The position numbers and the translations under genes are program-made. From the NCBI RefSeq assembly GCF_026210795.1, contig NC_089431.1:1302001-1366000 (forward strand): DNA of 64,000 nucleotides, given 5' to 3'. The notes under the pieces are model-generated. The model was given only the letters and a program-made list of their open reading frames with translations, searched no databases and was not told the origin of the DNA. Numbering within the stretch: the first letter of the stretch is position 1; the number at the start of each line of letters is the position of its first letter. The stretch comes from Rhizophagus irregularis. Its lineage: Eukaryota. Shown here one piece after another: positions 47,240 through 59,710 of this stretch.

Positions 47240-50076
47240 ATGCAAACAAATACTATGGATAGTTTTAGACCACCAGAAAACCCATATGGTCCACCAGCAC
47301 CTCCACGTTCAGAAGCACCTTCACAACGAGGATATCGGGGAGGAAATCGTGCAAGACAACAGAGATCGTGGAATCAACGATCTAATACAGGGGGAAATAA
47401 TAATAATAATAACAATGTTGGTAATAACAATATTGGGGGTGGTAGTAATGGGAGAGGAGGACGTAGAGGTAGTTTTTATGAGCGAAGACCTAGAGATAAA
47501 AGTCAAGATAGTTGGAGAAGACAATACAATGATCGAAACTCACGGTCATATCGTGATGGTACAACTTACAGAGACGGTGCATATTGTAGGGATGGGACAG
47601 CATCTCGTGACAGGAGGGATAGTTGGAGTCATCGACATTATAATGATAGGTCCTCACAACGTTATGGACGTGATAATCACGGACCGTCAAGAAACAGACA
47701 ACAACAAGAGAGACAACCTCCGTGGCACCAGGATCGGTACCAACAATACCATCAAAATGGTATTGCGCAGAATAATTGGAATACTACAGGTATTGCTGGA
47801 TCACATGGACATCAAGGATCACATCCACCTGTATCACACGTTCCAGTTCCAGGACAGCATGCGCCGGGTTTATCACCACAACTTGGACCGCCAGGAGTAT
47901 CCGGGCACGTTAATATGCATGTTCCTCCAGTGCCGCCCGGCCAAATTGGTCAGCAGGTTCAACATAATCAGAGTCAATCAGGACATTTGGGAAATTTGGG
48001 ACAACAAGGACAACATGATCTTGAGAGGCAATCTGCACAAATTGCTCAGCCAGGCGCACCTGGAACGCACCCAGTACTTCCTCCGTACGAACAATCATAT
48101 CAAGAACCTGCCCCATTTCAAGGACAATTACCCCCTCAGATACCTGCTTGGGATCAGAGTATTAACTATCATCCACAACCTCCGGGTCATCATTACCCAG
48201 AACCATATTATCCGCATGCATACGATCATTATCAAGCTCAATATAACCCTTACATGAATGGCGCTGACAGTATAGGGTATAATCATCCTGTGGAAAATAA
48301 GCACACGATACCGCCACAACCTCCTCAGCCTCCTCAACCACCAAATCCATCAAATTCTAGCACTCATACAAATAATTTGCAACCGACCACTCAATTACGA
48401 TCACCAATATCTCCGCATACGGCCTACCCACAAATACCTATCCAATCGATACAGCCAACTCAAGTATTGCAACAACCATCAGTAGGATCGAGATCAGTGA
48501 AGTCTCATGTGTCCCCGATTGAAGTTACTCCGGTGACCGTTAAAAAGTGTGCCGAATTGTATGAAAACTTGGGTCAAGTAGGAGAAGGCACTTACGGGTA
48601 TATAAATACCGTATAATTTAAATTTAAATGTTCATTTCAATTATTTATTCTTACTCATATTTATACTTGCACTTCCATTAATGTTTATAGTAAAGTTTAC
48701 AAGGCAAGGAATCGTGAGACAAAAGAAATAGTAGCATTGAAAAAGATACGTATGGATCCAGAGAAGGAAAAGGAAGCTGGGGTAAGCTGATGAAAATTTT
48801 TTTTTGAGACTATATTTTTGTTTATATACTTAATGTTTATCATTTTAGCAGTTCCCTCTCACAGCAATACGTGAGATTAAGCTTTTACAACAATGCAAAC
48901 ACGGAAATATCGTGCAACTAAAAGAGATAATGGTCTTCCAAGGTGGTAAATTAAGTGCTTGTTTTGTTTTAAGATGGTTTAATACAAAACTAACTAATGT
49001 GAATTCTCAAATAATCAAACCTTTATCTATTATAGGCTATGTGTACATGGTCTTTGAATATATGGCTCACGACCTAACGGGTGTTCTCGCGAACCCAAAA
49101 GTCGAATACAAACCACGGCACGTGAAGTGCCTTATGAAACAAATTTTGGAAGGTTTGGCCCACCTTCATGAAAACGGTATTTTACACCGCGACATAAAAG
49201 GTAAATTTCTTCACGTTCTGGACATAATTATCGAATAATTATTTACGCGTATATGTTTAGGATCAAACATTTTATTAAACAATCGTGGTGAAGTAAAATT
49301 GGCAGATTTTGGACTTGCCCGCCAATTTGACATTAAATTTAAACGTGATTACACTAATCGTGTAATAACATTATGGTATCGACCCTCAGAACTATGTCTT
49401 GGAGCAACAGAGTACGGTTGGGAGGTTGATATGTGGAGCGTAGGGTAATTAATATATAAATCTTTTAAGGATAAAAAATTTCTAAATTTACGATCATACC
49501 TGAAAATCATATTACTTTTTCTTAAGATGCATTATGATGGAATTAATAACGGGTAAACCGTTGTTCCAAGGTAAAGACGAGTTTTCGCAACTCGAAAGCA
49601 TCTTCAGCTTGATGGGTGTTCCAAACAAAAATGAGTGGCCCGAAATAGCAAATTTGGCGTGGTACGCAATGGTCAAGCGAAACGGACCAAAGGTGTCCAA
49701 ATTCCGTGAACAATACGGGCAGTAAGTGCTATGTTAGAATTTGTATTATTTTATTACTTTACGATAATTATATTCCAAATTCTTATAATTTTTCTATAGC
49801 ATGTTATCTTCAGGTGGTCTCGAATTAGTTGAGGCTTTACTTTCTATAAACCCAACAAAGAGGCCATCAGCACGTGAAGCATTGAATTATGCTTATTTCA
49901 AGGTCGAAGTTCCACTTGCTTGTTCACCTGCCGAGTGAGTACACGCTTTAATACATCTATTATATTATGTATGACCTTCCTTTATTTATATATTTATTTT
50001 ATATAGACTCCCCGAAATATCGGGGGATTGGCATGAATATGAATCAAAACAAAAAAGCAAGAAAGCCAATCCATAG
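47240..50076 (+). CDS. CTK1: CTD kinase CTK1/Lsk1/CDK12-like CDK with a long low-complexity N-terminus; multi-exon
   Basis: [60 protein letters not shown]-terminal GDWHEYESK. Confidence 0.85.
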
Positions 50077-51734
50077 ATAGTGAAACTCACAACTAATATT
50101 GCTTTTATAATCCGCATTTCTGGACGGGTATGTTCATGTTGTCCAGCCTACGTAAAAAAAATTAAATTATTTCTAAATTTTAACTCTCTGTTTTTCCTGT
50201 CATTTTTTAATCAGTATCCGCCAATTTGCCATTGTCCTTTTTGAACTACTTACTCTCTTCGGAATTAGTAATAGTATTAACTATGGATGAATATCTCAGG
50301 CTGATGTACTTATTAGTACTCAAAATAATATAATGTGATGTGATAATAATATTAATAATTATAAGAACGATTAAAGTATCTCTTGTATAATATATAATGC
50401 AATCAAAAGTGAGAAAGAGTACCGTGGATACTTAAATCTTGTCATAAAGCTACATAAAAGTATATATATCTTGCATTCATTCAAAATCTTTGCGGTTATT
50501 ATTATAGGGAGGGTATTATAGATAATTGTTAAGGAATTGGTGGTGTATTATTCATTAATTGCGTTTGCATCAAATATAGTCTCGAAAGTTTACAATGTTA
50601 TCGCAAAATAGAATTGAGTAAAGATTAGCCGAGAAAAGGTATAAAGAAAGACGAAATCTGAGTACATTGATTGTATTCTTTATTAGATTATATATACATG
50701 TTTAGATTAATATTAATTTTGTAAATAGTTAATAGTGTAAATATAAATATATAAATTAATTGTTAGATAAAAGTAATTATTCTTAATAAAATCAATTTCT
50801 ATTGTAATTTTTTAACAGTTAGGATATACTAGCTAATAAACCATTTTGTGATCTGTAAAGCAATCAAATTATATTTATTAGTATAATCATTTAAGTCATT
50901 TTAATCAAATTTAAATAGAATAAAGATCTAATTTCAAGATCATTGATGAACCGAACTTTTAATTCTACATCCTTTTTCAGTGCGTGCATACAAAATTTTT
51001 TTAATCATTTCTTATTATTTTAAGTAACAAATTAAATACTTTCCTTTTGACCAAGTAGAAATTATTTTAATTTCTAATAATGAAAAGGTAAAAAATTAAT
51101 AATTTTTTAATTGTTCATTAAAAAAGATTGTTTTTTTTTGGGAATCAGAAAATAGACAATCGACATGATATTATATTCCGTCCGCCCGTCTAATTTTCAT
51201 CATATTAAGAATTAGCTAATTAATTAAAAAAGAAAGTTTACCAATTGATTCCAAGAACTATGTCTGCCTTGATTGACTCTGTATTTCAAAAAAAAAAAAA
51301 CGGATTACCATAATAATAAATGAACAAAAGCTCTCAATTTTTCGTCTCTTTTTGATCAGACAAGGCTGAAACTATTTATTTCAACATACTAATTTTATTC
51401 TGAGTGTAGGATAAGATTTATATCATCACGTAAAATTTTGAATATGTACCAAATAATAATAAAAAACTTACCTATGTCAATAACTTGAAAAAATATTTCT
51501 TAAAAAGTTTTTTTTCCCGATCAAAAAATAGGATTGTGTTAAAAATCGGTAAAATCATGTGATTAGCCGCGGAAATGTGAACTTGACTTTCACGTGTCGT
51601 ATGGAGCACGTTTGTCGCATGTGTACCAATGACTAAGATCAATTACGGTTAAAGCAAGGCAACATAGTACAATCTTTCAATTCTCTTTTACGTAAATTTG
51701 CATTTTTCTCTTGTTAATATACTTACTTCAAATT

Positions 51735-52253
51735 ATGGCTAGTCGGTTTCCTTTAACCCGTTTTTCTGTTACAGCTGCAACAGCAACTCGTAATAGAGTT
51801 GCTCATATTACTCGTCGTAACTTTGCTGCAGAAGCTGTTCCGGAAGGTTTTGTTGCTAAACGCAAGGGTGTTGAGGAACATGCAAAATGTAAATTTAGAA
51901 AAGTAAAAATATTTATACCGATTTATTTATAAAATGTTAAATTTTTATCAAATTTATTTTAGCTAGCTCCGATCTTTGGAAGAAAATTTCGTTGTACGTT
52001 TGTCCCATAGCTTTGATTGCTAGTTCTGCTAATGCTCTCATGATCATGAAACAACATGCTCAACACCATCATGAAGCTGAAGATCACCCTCCTTTTGCTT
52101 ATCAAAAACTTAGAACTAAGGTATTTAATAATAGTCATTTAATCATATATTTTATTCAAATAATATTAAAATTTTGTATATATTTATTAGCCTTTTTGTT
52201 GGGGAGATGGAGATCATACTCTTTTTCACAATACTGCTGTCAATGGACCATAG
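51735..52253 (+). CDS. COX13: Cytochrome c oxidase subunit 6A; 3 exons
   Basis: Mitochondrial presequence; EEHAK.[32 protein letters not shown]. Confidence 0.93.
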
Positions 52254-52580
52254 ACGATTCGTATTGAATAAATTTTGATAGTTGAGATATTTTATATATT
52301 TTGCTTTCATTTTGACTCTTATATTATAAAGATCCGTTCAATTCTTGATAAAATTTGCTAATAAAACTATTATTTAACGGAATTAAATTATATTTACGCA
52401 ACTATCTGAAATCTAAACTATAATACATTTAAAGAAGTATTATCGAGAACAATTCTACAATTAAAAATATTAATAATTAATTGAAAAGCAAATAATTTAT
52501 TAATTACAAAAAAATAGGGTTATATACATATTAAAAAAAATAAAATAAAATAAAAAAAGAAGCAAACCTTCCGTTGTTTA

Positions 52581-53057
52581 TTAATTTTCAATTTCATTAA
52601 CGTCGAAAGTTTTTCTTGCAGTTTTAATATCTTTTTCCATAAATAATAATTCTTCGACACGTGCAAGTTTCTTTGAATCATTTCTTAAAATAAATTTAAA
52701 ATCTTCAACAGTAACCTTGCGATCTTTAGCTACTTTTGATGCTTTCAAACACTGAATTCACAAAAAGCACATAATTAGTAAAAATAAAAATAAGAATAAT
52801 TTCTAAGAAAATTTTAATACCATTTCAGTAATGTAATCATTTACAAGTTCCTCCATTACGTTTACCGTATCAGGTGCTGGGTCAGGTTCATCTCCAAACC
52901 CATACATTAATAAGCGTACTAAAAAAAAATAAAAAGATCTGCTAAAACTAAATCTTCAACAGCTAATTTTATAATTCTGAAAATTATACTTACAATCTTT
53001 CGTAAACACACCCTTATTGCCTTTAGGCGGTCGTCCCCTTTGCTTGTATTCAGCCAT
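52581..53057 (-). CDS. TAF13: TFIID subunit TAF13; 3 exons
   Basis: FTKDLRLLMYGFGD...PDTVNVMEELVNDYITEM, KVTVEDFKFILRND.KKLARVEELL. Confidence 0.95.
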
Positions 53058-53649
53058 AATAACGATTTGTTAAACTAAAGGTGTTGCAATCTATTTAAAT
53101 TTTATTCTAACTTAAATTTTATTCTAACTTTCACTAGCTTCGTGACGAATTTCAGGTTAATAAATACCATTTTTTAGTTTATCACGTGATTATGAAAATC
53201 ATTTGCCCACTAATCATCTTGAAAAAGATCATGGTTCGTCTGAAACATAAAAATAAAAAATCTTGAAAAGATCAGTGAAAATCTATCTTTCAAGTTATTT
53301 TATACAAGTTTATACAAGTAATATCAGGAAGAAAAGCTTTTTTGCTGATTTATTATGATCTTTATATCTTATAGTAGCAATACCAGCATAAAATCTAAGC
53401 TTTATTACTACAGTAGAGCAATTTTGGGGTTCTAACCCGAAATTTTCACACATTGAACATGTATAGAAACATTTTTTTAATTCACAACTAACTTCAATTT
53501 CAACAAGTTATCTCTTGCAGAGGCATCTAAGATAATTGCTCAAATGTGACAAGAAGATCAATTTTATTAGATTTATTAGAATAGATAATATTAGAACTTC
53601 GTACACATTCAATTATTCATTTTTTTTTATAAAAAATAAACTATAATAA

Positions 53650-53850
53650 GAAGCTTTAGCCTTCTGAAATCATTCTACTGCTTCACAACTTTAACTGTAA
53701 AAGAAAATATTTTTTAATTCACAGCTTTAACTTGGGATGAAAATATTTTTTTTCTTCACAACTTCTGTCAGTGAGAAAAGCTATAGCCTTCAAAATATAT
53801 TTTACTTCTCAACTTTAAGCTTAGGCGAATATATTTTTTCATCACAACAA
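53650..53850 (+). repeat. Degenerate tandem repeat array with core TTCACAACTTT...AAAATATTTTTT
   Basis: About 4-5 imperfect units, plus AAGCT(T/A)TAGCCTTC twice. Confidence 0.55.
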
Positions 53851-55260
53851 CTGCATGTTAATCCTTCATATTGCTGATATTAGTTTCCAATATTGCCAAT
53901 ACATTAGTATTTGATACATATATTTTGATGAGCTTAAAAAAGAATCAGAATCTAAAAAAAAAGTCGCAGATTTCAGATTAAATGCATTCAGATAGCTAAA
54001 AAGGAGCCAAAAATTAAGTATTGCCCTTCTTTCTTGAATGGATTAGAGCTTGATATCTTCTTTCAAAAATATTGAATCGCATCAGCATTGGTTTCATAGC
54101 ACTAGGATATTTAAAAAATTCTAAGACATTATTAATCGTAATCAGCAATAAGATGCATATATCAAGATAATAGAATCTTCCTTCTCAAGGTATGGTATAA
54201 TCAAAACCCAGAAATTGTTATTTCAGAAATTCTATCTTATTTTAAAGAATTAGAAAGCAGTGTGCAGATCTCAAAAAATGGAATTCTGATGAAAATTTAC
54301 TACAAAAAGAGAATCTATCTGAAGAGGATAGCAAAGGTTCTAACTACAAAGAATTTGAATTATATAAATTATCATTAAAAAAAGATCTATCAAATGAATA
54401 ATTTGAGCAAAGATGAAAGGCACTTGTAGTCCATACCAATAACTACTCAGTTAGCTTCACGTATATTCCTCTAAGTTCTACCCATCATCTATTGCTATAA
54501 TCAATTCAATAAGTTCATATCATCAGATTAAGAATCAAAAGTTTCTTATCAGCCACCCTTATAATTGTGTCAACATACTATTGGTTTTATATAATCCTGT
54601 TTTTTCTAATTTCAAAAGATATTATAATGACAAAAACTATTTATAGATAAAAAAACTTTATCAATAAACCTTCAAGATTATAAAACTTATGGCAGATTTT
54701 TATAAGAGTTCCATACTTCTATAAAAATATTTGTGAATTATTTAATAAGAATAGAACTTCAAATGTTAAAAGTTTAACATTAAATTTATACAATACTGTA
54801 AAAAATGAAATTGGTATTAATAAATTTGATCCAACCATTCAAGCAGCTACTTTATATATGAAGGTTTATGTCCAACAGATTTTTAACTTTAGTTTATTCT
54901 TAAATTTAATTTAATTATCTAGTTTAATTATTTCACAAAATATAGTTTATTAATCAGGAAATTTTTCTAGACAAACTTATTGGTAATATTTTTTAAGAAA
55001 TTAGTTTGTATTTACAGTCAGGATTCAATAATGTAGACAGAAGAATAAAAAATTACTTAAAGGGTGCAAGATACCATACTTTATAATATATTTGGTTGGA
55101 CCTTAGATGTGTATTAGAAGCTGTTTATTTCAAAAAGCCAATTATTGAACCTCTAATAGCTTTTGAACCTCTTATCTTTACCAATGATCAAACTCACATC
55201 AAGAAAATTGTATGACTTTTTAATGCTTTGATCTACTTCTAGATCTTCTTCTCTTTAAAT
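53850..55260 (+). pseudogene. Heavily decayed Crinkler-like gene (REase-like domain)
   Basis: VKNEIGINKFDPTIQAATLYMK at 54798-54863 and PYFIIYLVGP*MCI / AVYFKKPIIEPL near 55075-55155, among many stops. Family call from motif recall; boundaries approximate. Confidence 0.55.
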
Positions 55261-56432
55261 TAAGACCTTTTGTTTTCTGGTAAAAATGGATGATATAAAA
55301 AATAAAAAATTATTTATTAAAAAAAATCATATTAATAATACCAAATATCCATTTGTTTTTTTTTTCCTACACATTTCATTCTTCTCTTTTTCATTCTTCA
55401 CCTTTTCTCTCTCTTCATTTTTCCTTTTTTCTTATTTTTGTTCTTTCCCTTTCCTTTCTTTTCTAGTTAAAATGGGTGATTTAAATTATTTATTTAAAAA
55501 ACATAATCAACAATACCAAATCCATTTGTTTTTGTTTTTATTTTTGTTTTTTCTACATACCTTTTTCTTTTAATTTTATTAATATATAAGTAGGTCTCTC
55601 CTTGTTTTTCAATAAATCACGATAATATTATTAACTTTTTAATTTTCATAAAATTAATTTCATGAATTTATCATGATAATATAATTAACTTTTATAAAAT
55701 TAAACATTATAAATTTCTATAGTAACTTTTCTAAGCTTTTTTTATCTCTCTTCCACTTTTTCTTTTTTATTTTTCACTTTTTTTCATTCTTCATTTTTTC
55801 ATTCTTCCCTTTTTCTTTTTTTTGTCTTCTTTTTTTCTCCTGCATTTAGAAAATGATAATTTGAAGAATTATTATAATTTACTACCATATACTATAATAA
55901 GTAATAGAGATTCAGGTTTACCCTACTCTTGCCAAGTTAATATTATTAGAGAGTTCTTTTGCAGAGAGAAACTTTTTAATGTAGAAAACTGAGACAAAAG
56001 AAGGTGATTACTAAATATACATATATCCATTTTTAATGAATCCTGATATTAATTAGCTGATTGGAACTCAAGATAAAGTGCCATTAAAAAAGAAATATAA
56101 TATATATTGGCTGGATTTCTTGAAAAAGACTTATAGATCTAATTGAAAATTTTATAGATCCACTTAAATAATTATATTTATAAAGACTAATCATTTAAGT
56201 GTTATAGTTTAAACTTATTGTTTATTTTATCTTACGATTGAAAAATAATAAATTTCTTTATTATATTTATATTTATGCATTTTTTATTTCATGAAGAGAA
56301 ATTTATTAAATCTATTTTGTGATATCAAGACACCTTTATTTCATTAATAAAGTGTAAAATATTGTCTTTTTGAAAATAATATTTGAAAATAATAAAGTTT
56401 TACTTTTAATCTGTATACGCATATATATAGTA

Positions 56433-56825
56433 CAGTCAACTCTTCTTATAACAAATTTTGATATAACGAATTTTACAATATAACGGATCTTCAGTATGGT
56501 ACAGATTTTAACATATGAAAAAAATCTCTTTATACCGAATTTTACTAATTAAATGCCGTATACCGTTTAATAAAGTAAATTTTATAAACCGTATATGAAA
56601 AATGCCCCTTTTAACAATGAATTTTCTTTTATAACGAATTTTTTTTCAATATAACAAAGATATTTTGTGTAACTTGCGTTTTGATACAATTATTATACGA
56701 CAATATACCATAATATACAAAAATTTTCCAGGTTATACCAGATTTTCCCATCATATTAACGAATATTCCTATAACGAAGGCCTGATCAACCCGGACGCCA
56801 ACTTCGTTATATTAAGAGTTGACTG
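56433..56825. mobile_element. pogo/Tigger-type MITE, 393 bp
   Basis: 23-bp TIRs CAGTCAACTCTTCTTATAACAAA / CAGTCAACTCTTAATATAACGAA (3 mismatches); TA on both flanks; internal TATAACGAA repeats. Confidence 0.9.
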
Positions 56826-58387
56826 TATATAGGTATTAGAATAATAAAAAAGTTTTGAAAAAAATATCAGTTTGCTAAGTCTTTTTTATATATATGGGCT
56901 ATGTTCTAGACTTTATATTTATTTTTATTATCATATTTATAAAAAATTTTCATATACACACATGCATTTAAAATTTAAATGAATCTTTATTATGTTTTTA
57001 TAATATAAAGAAGCTGGTTGACTAAATAAAATAAAATGGATAGTAGATATTTAAAGGAAGGAATTTGCCTATCCCTAGATAGTAAAAAGCAGAAGTATTA
57101 GTATTATTAGATAAAGTATTATCTTTTCTTAATATTTATTATAAAATTCAATACAGAAATTTATATAAGGTAACATAATATTAAAAAATTGGTTTTCATT
57201 TTATGAATTCAAATTTTAAGGTTAGTGATTGGTATTTTATTTAAAAATATTATATATTTATAAAATAAAATGGTAGTTCCAAATTGTTTAATATAAAATT
57301 TTCTCAGTAAATTTTCACATTTTTTAAACCTAATTTTATTGTTCTTTTGATAAAAATAATAGAGTTTAATCAGATATTTCAGTTTATTAATAATATAATT
57401 TTTGAATATTTACATTAATGTAATTTACTAAATATTTAATTTTTTTTATTATAGCTTAATTACATTACATTTTCTTGCTAAAAAAACTCCTTTTGATTTC
57501 TTAAAGTTTGGTTCAATTTAATGAATTTTTATTCATTTTGTTGACTCGCAAGTTACGCAAGAATATAAAGAATTCAATGATATTGTGAAGTATAAAAAAT
57601 TAATGTTCAAGCAACTTTGTTATCTATATAAATGATAGTAAGTTTCTTTTTAAAGTTAAGTTTTATGTGCAAATTATATATTTATTAATTAAACTATATA
57701 CATAAATTACCGCTTATTCTGCTGTACCTTCAATGAATCTTACTTTATTGTGTTCTTTTTTATTAATTGGGCTATATGATCTATTTGGTTATTATAATCT
57801 TACTATCTTTTTAACGTTTATAGCAATCATATCACCACCTTATACTTTATACTTAATGCTCCTATTATGGCCTTTATTAGTCTCATACAGTATATATTAA
57901 TCTTTACTACATAATTTTCTTTAATTACAGATTTTTTAGCATAAACAGATGTCCTGTATCTTAAAACTAGCTGGTTTTATTATGAAATAAGAGAAGCTAG
58001 TTCTATAAATATTCAATTATGCTTTTCAGACCCTTTTTCTATAACTAATAAACAATACCCTTTTTTTTACAATTCTTTTAGTATTTCATAAATATATGAA
58101 TCTCTTCAAATAAAAAATATTCACTTTTCTTTGCAATTTACTATTGATGATAGTAAATGTCTCTCTAATATTAAACAAATTTCTTTGGCTCATTTTAATA
58201 GAATATATTGAGTTGATATTATCTATTAATTTTTTTAGTAAGTATACATTAATCCATCTATTTTACATCTCAAAATGAATTACTTGGTTAATAATAAATA
58301 GCTTATACCCTTATTACCTGCTGGACTTCTTAGATTTTTCCAAATATAACAAGATTTTATAAATAGTAACTTATCAAATTAATAATA

Positions 58388-58649
58388 CAGTCAAACCTTG
58401 ATATAACGAACCCTTGATATAGTGAATTTTTTAAACAACTATAATAAATTTCCCTTCACTATAACAAATTAACCAATCAAATCTCTTAAAATCTTTACTA
58501 TAGTCTTATAGCAAAGTTGAGGTCTGGACCTGAGTTCGTTATAATAAGGGCATTGACTGTAATACGACACTTTTTTGGAAGAAACTTAATTACTTCTTTA
58601 TAGCAAAGTTGAGGTCTGGACCTGAGTTCGTTATAATAAGGGTTGACTG
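58388..58649. mobile_element. pogo/Tigger-type MITE with a duplicated right end (right TIRs end at 58559 and 58649)
   Basis: Left TIR CAGTCAAACCTTGATATAACGAA after TA; reverse complement of the outer right TIR is CAGTCAACCCTTATTATAACGAA; both right ends are followed by TA. Confidence 0.85.
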
Positions 58650-58687
58650 TAATATGACACTTTTTTGGAAGAAACTTAATTACTTCT
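58506..58687 (+). repeat. Tandem duplication, 92 bp + 90 bp, spanning the MITE right end and its flank
   Basis: Units 58506-58597 and 58598-58687 differ by a 2-nt indel and 1 substitution. Confidence 0.95.
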
Positions 58688-58699
58688 TTAGTATTGTAT

Positions 58700-59710
58700 G
58701 AACTCATTCTCCTTCACTAGCAACCAGTTTCTTCATCTTCCTTCTCTTAAAAAGATTTTACTTCATATTCATGATAATTGCAATTCAAATAATATTCTGG
58801 GTATTTATTTAATAATTTATCTATTAAACAGTCTAAATATATTATGAAACATGCATTCTGTTTAATTAAAATTTTCTTATATGACACTATTATTTTTTTT
58901 TATGTTTCTAATAAACTCGTCTTTTATCTGTTTTAACGTTATTGCAACTCTGACCTTTCACATTACCTAGTATTTAATAGTTATTTCTTTATCATTTTAT
59001 TCTTTATACTAATAGTTCAATGTCTAACTTTAGTCTGAATACTATCAATATGGGTATCACTTAATGATAAATTAATGATGATAATTTCATTTTAATATAT
59101 CATATAATGTTATAGCTGTTTTCTTTTTAGCAGAATTATTTGCAGTAATTTTCATCTTACAAAATATCCTTATTATTTTGGAGATCTAGTACTATCTAAA
59201 TCTATCAAGTTTGTTTAATATAAAATTAAAGCTCATTTATCTATTCATCATAGAAATTACAATTCTTTTTTTTCTTCTAATCTTTTAAAACTTATATCTC
59301 TCAATTATTTAGAATACTATAATGATCTACTGATTAATATAGATATAAAAAAATTCATCTCAATATAATAAGATATTTATTTCTTAAGTTTAACATAAAT
59401 GTCAAAATTCTTAACTATTTTTTAAATATCTATTGACTTGCTATTATGGTATTTATCAAGTTTTTGCTATATCCCTATATGACTATCGATCTTTTCAAAG
59501 GATTTATTCTATATATTCTGTTATTTTTAGTTGTGAAAATATATAACTCTTCTTTTAAAGGCTTTTTCTTTATATATAGATACTTTACTGCTAGAGTTTT
59601 GATATTTTACACAAAATATTTTCTGATCTAACAATATATTCTACAGCTCATATTACTCAATCTCGTCTTCCTATTTAGCCTATAGTTTTCTCCTTATAAT
59701 GGCTGCAAAA
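58700..59710 (-). pseudogene. Very decayed coding remnant, possibly an HTH-containing transposase
   Basis: Minus-strand translation shows an HTH-like SYRDIAKT..IP..QVNRYLK among frequent stops. Identity uncertain. Confidence 0.25.

Noticed and set aside
47211..48257. 348-aa alternative-frame ORF overlapping the CTK1 N-terminus
   Set aside because: It has a non-ATG start, and +1-frame stops need Leu/Ile/Val/Met codons, which are rare in this low-complexity region, so an open frame is expected.
29592..53057. U12-type minor introns, which are reported to be enriched in Rhizophagus
   Set aside because: None of the inspected donors matched (G/A)TATCCTT.
53096..53129. 17-bp tandem duplication upstream of TAF13
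   Set aside because: Real but AT-rich and most simply a slippage product; no functional evidence.
53650..53850. CRISPR-like repeat array
   Set aside because: Eukaryotic context, degenerate units, no unique constant-length spacers and no cas genes.
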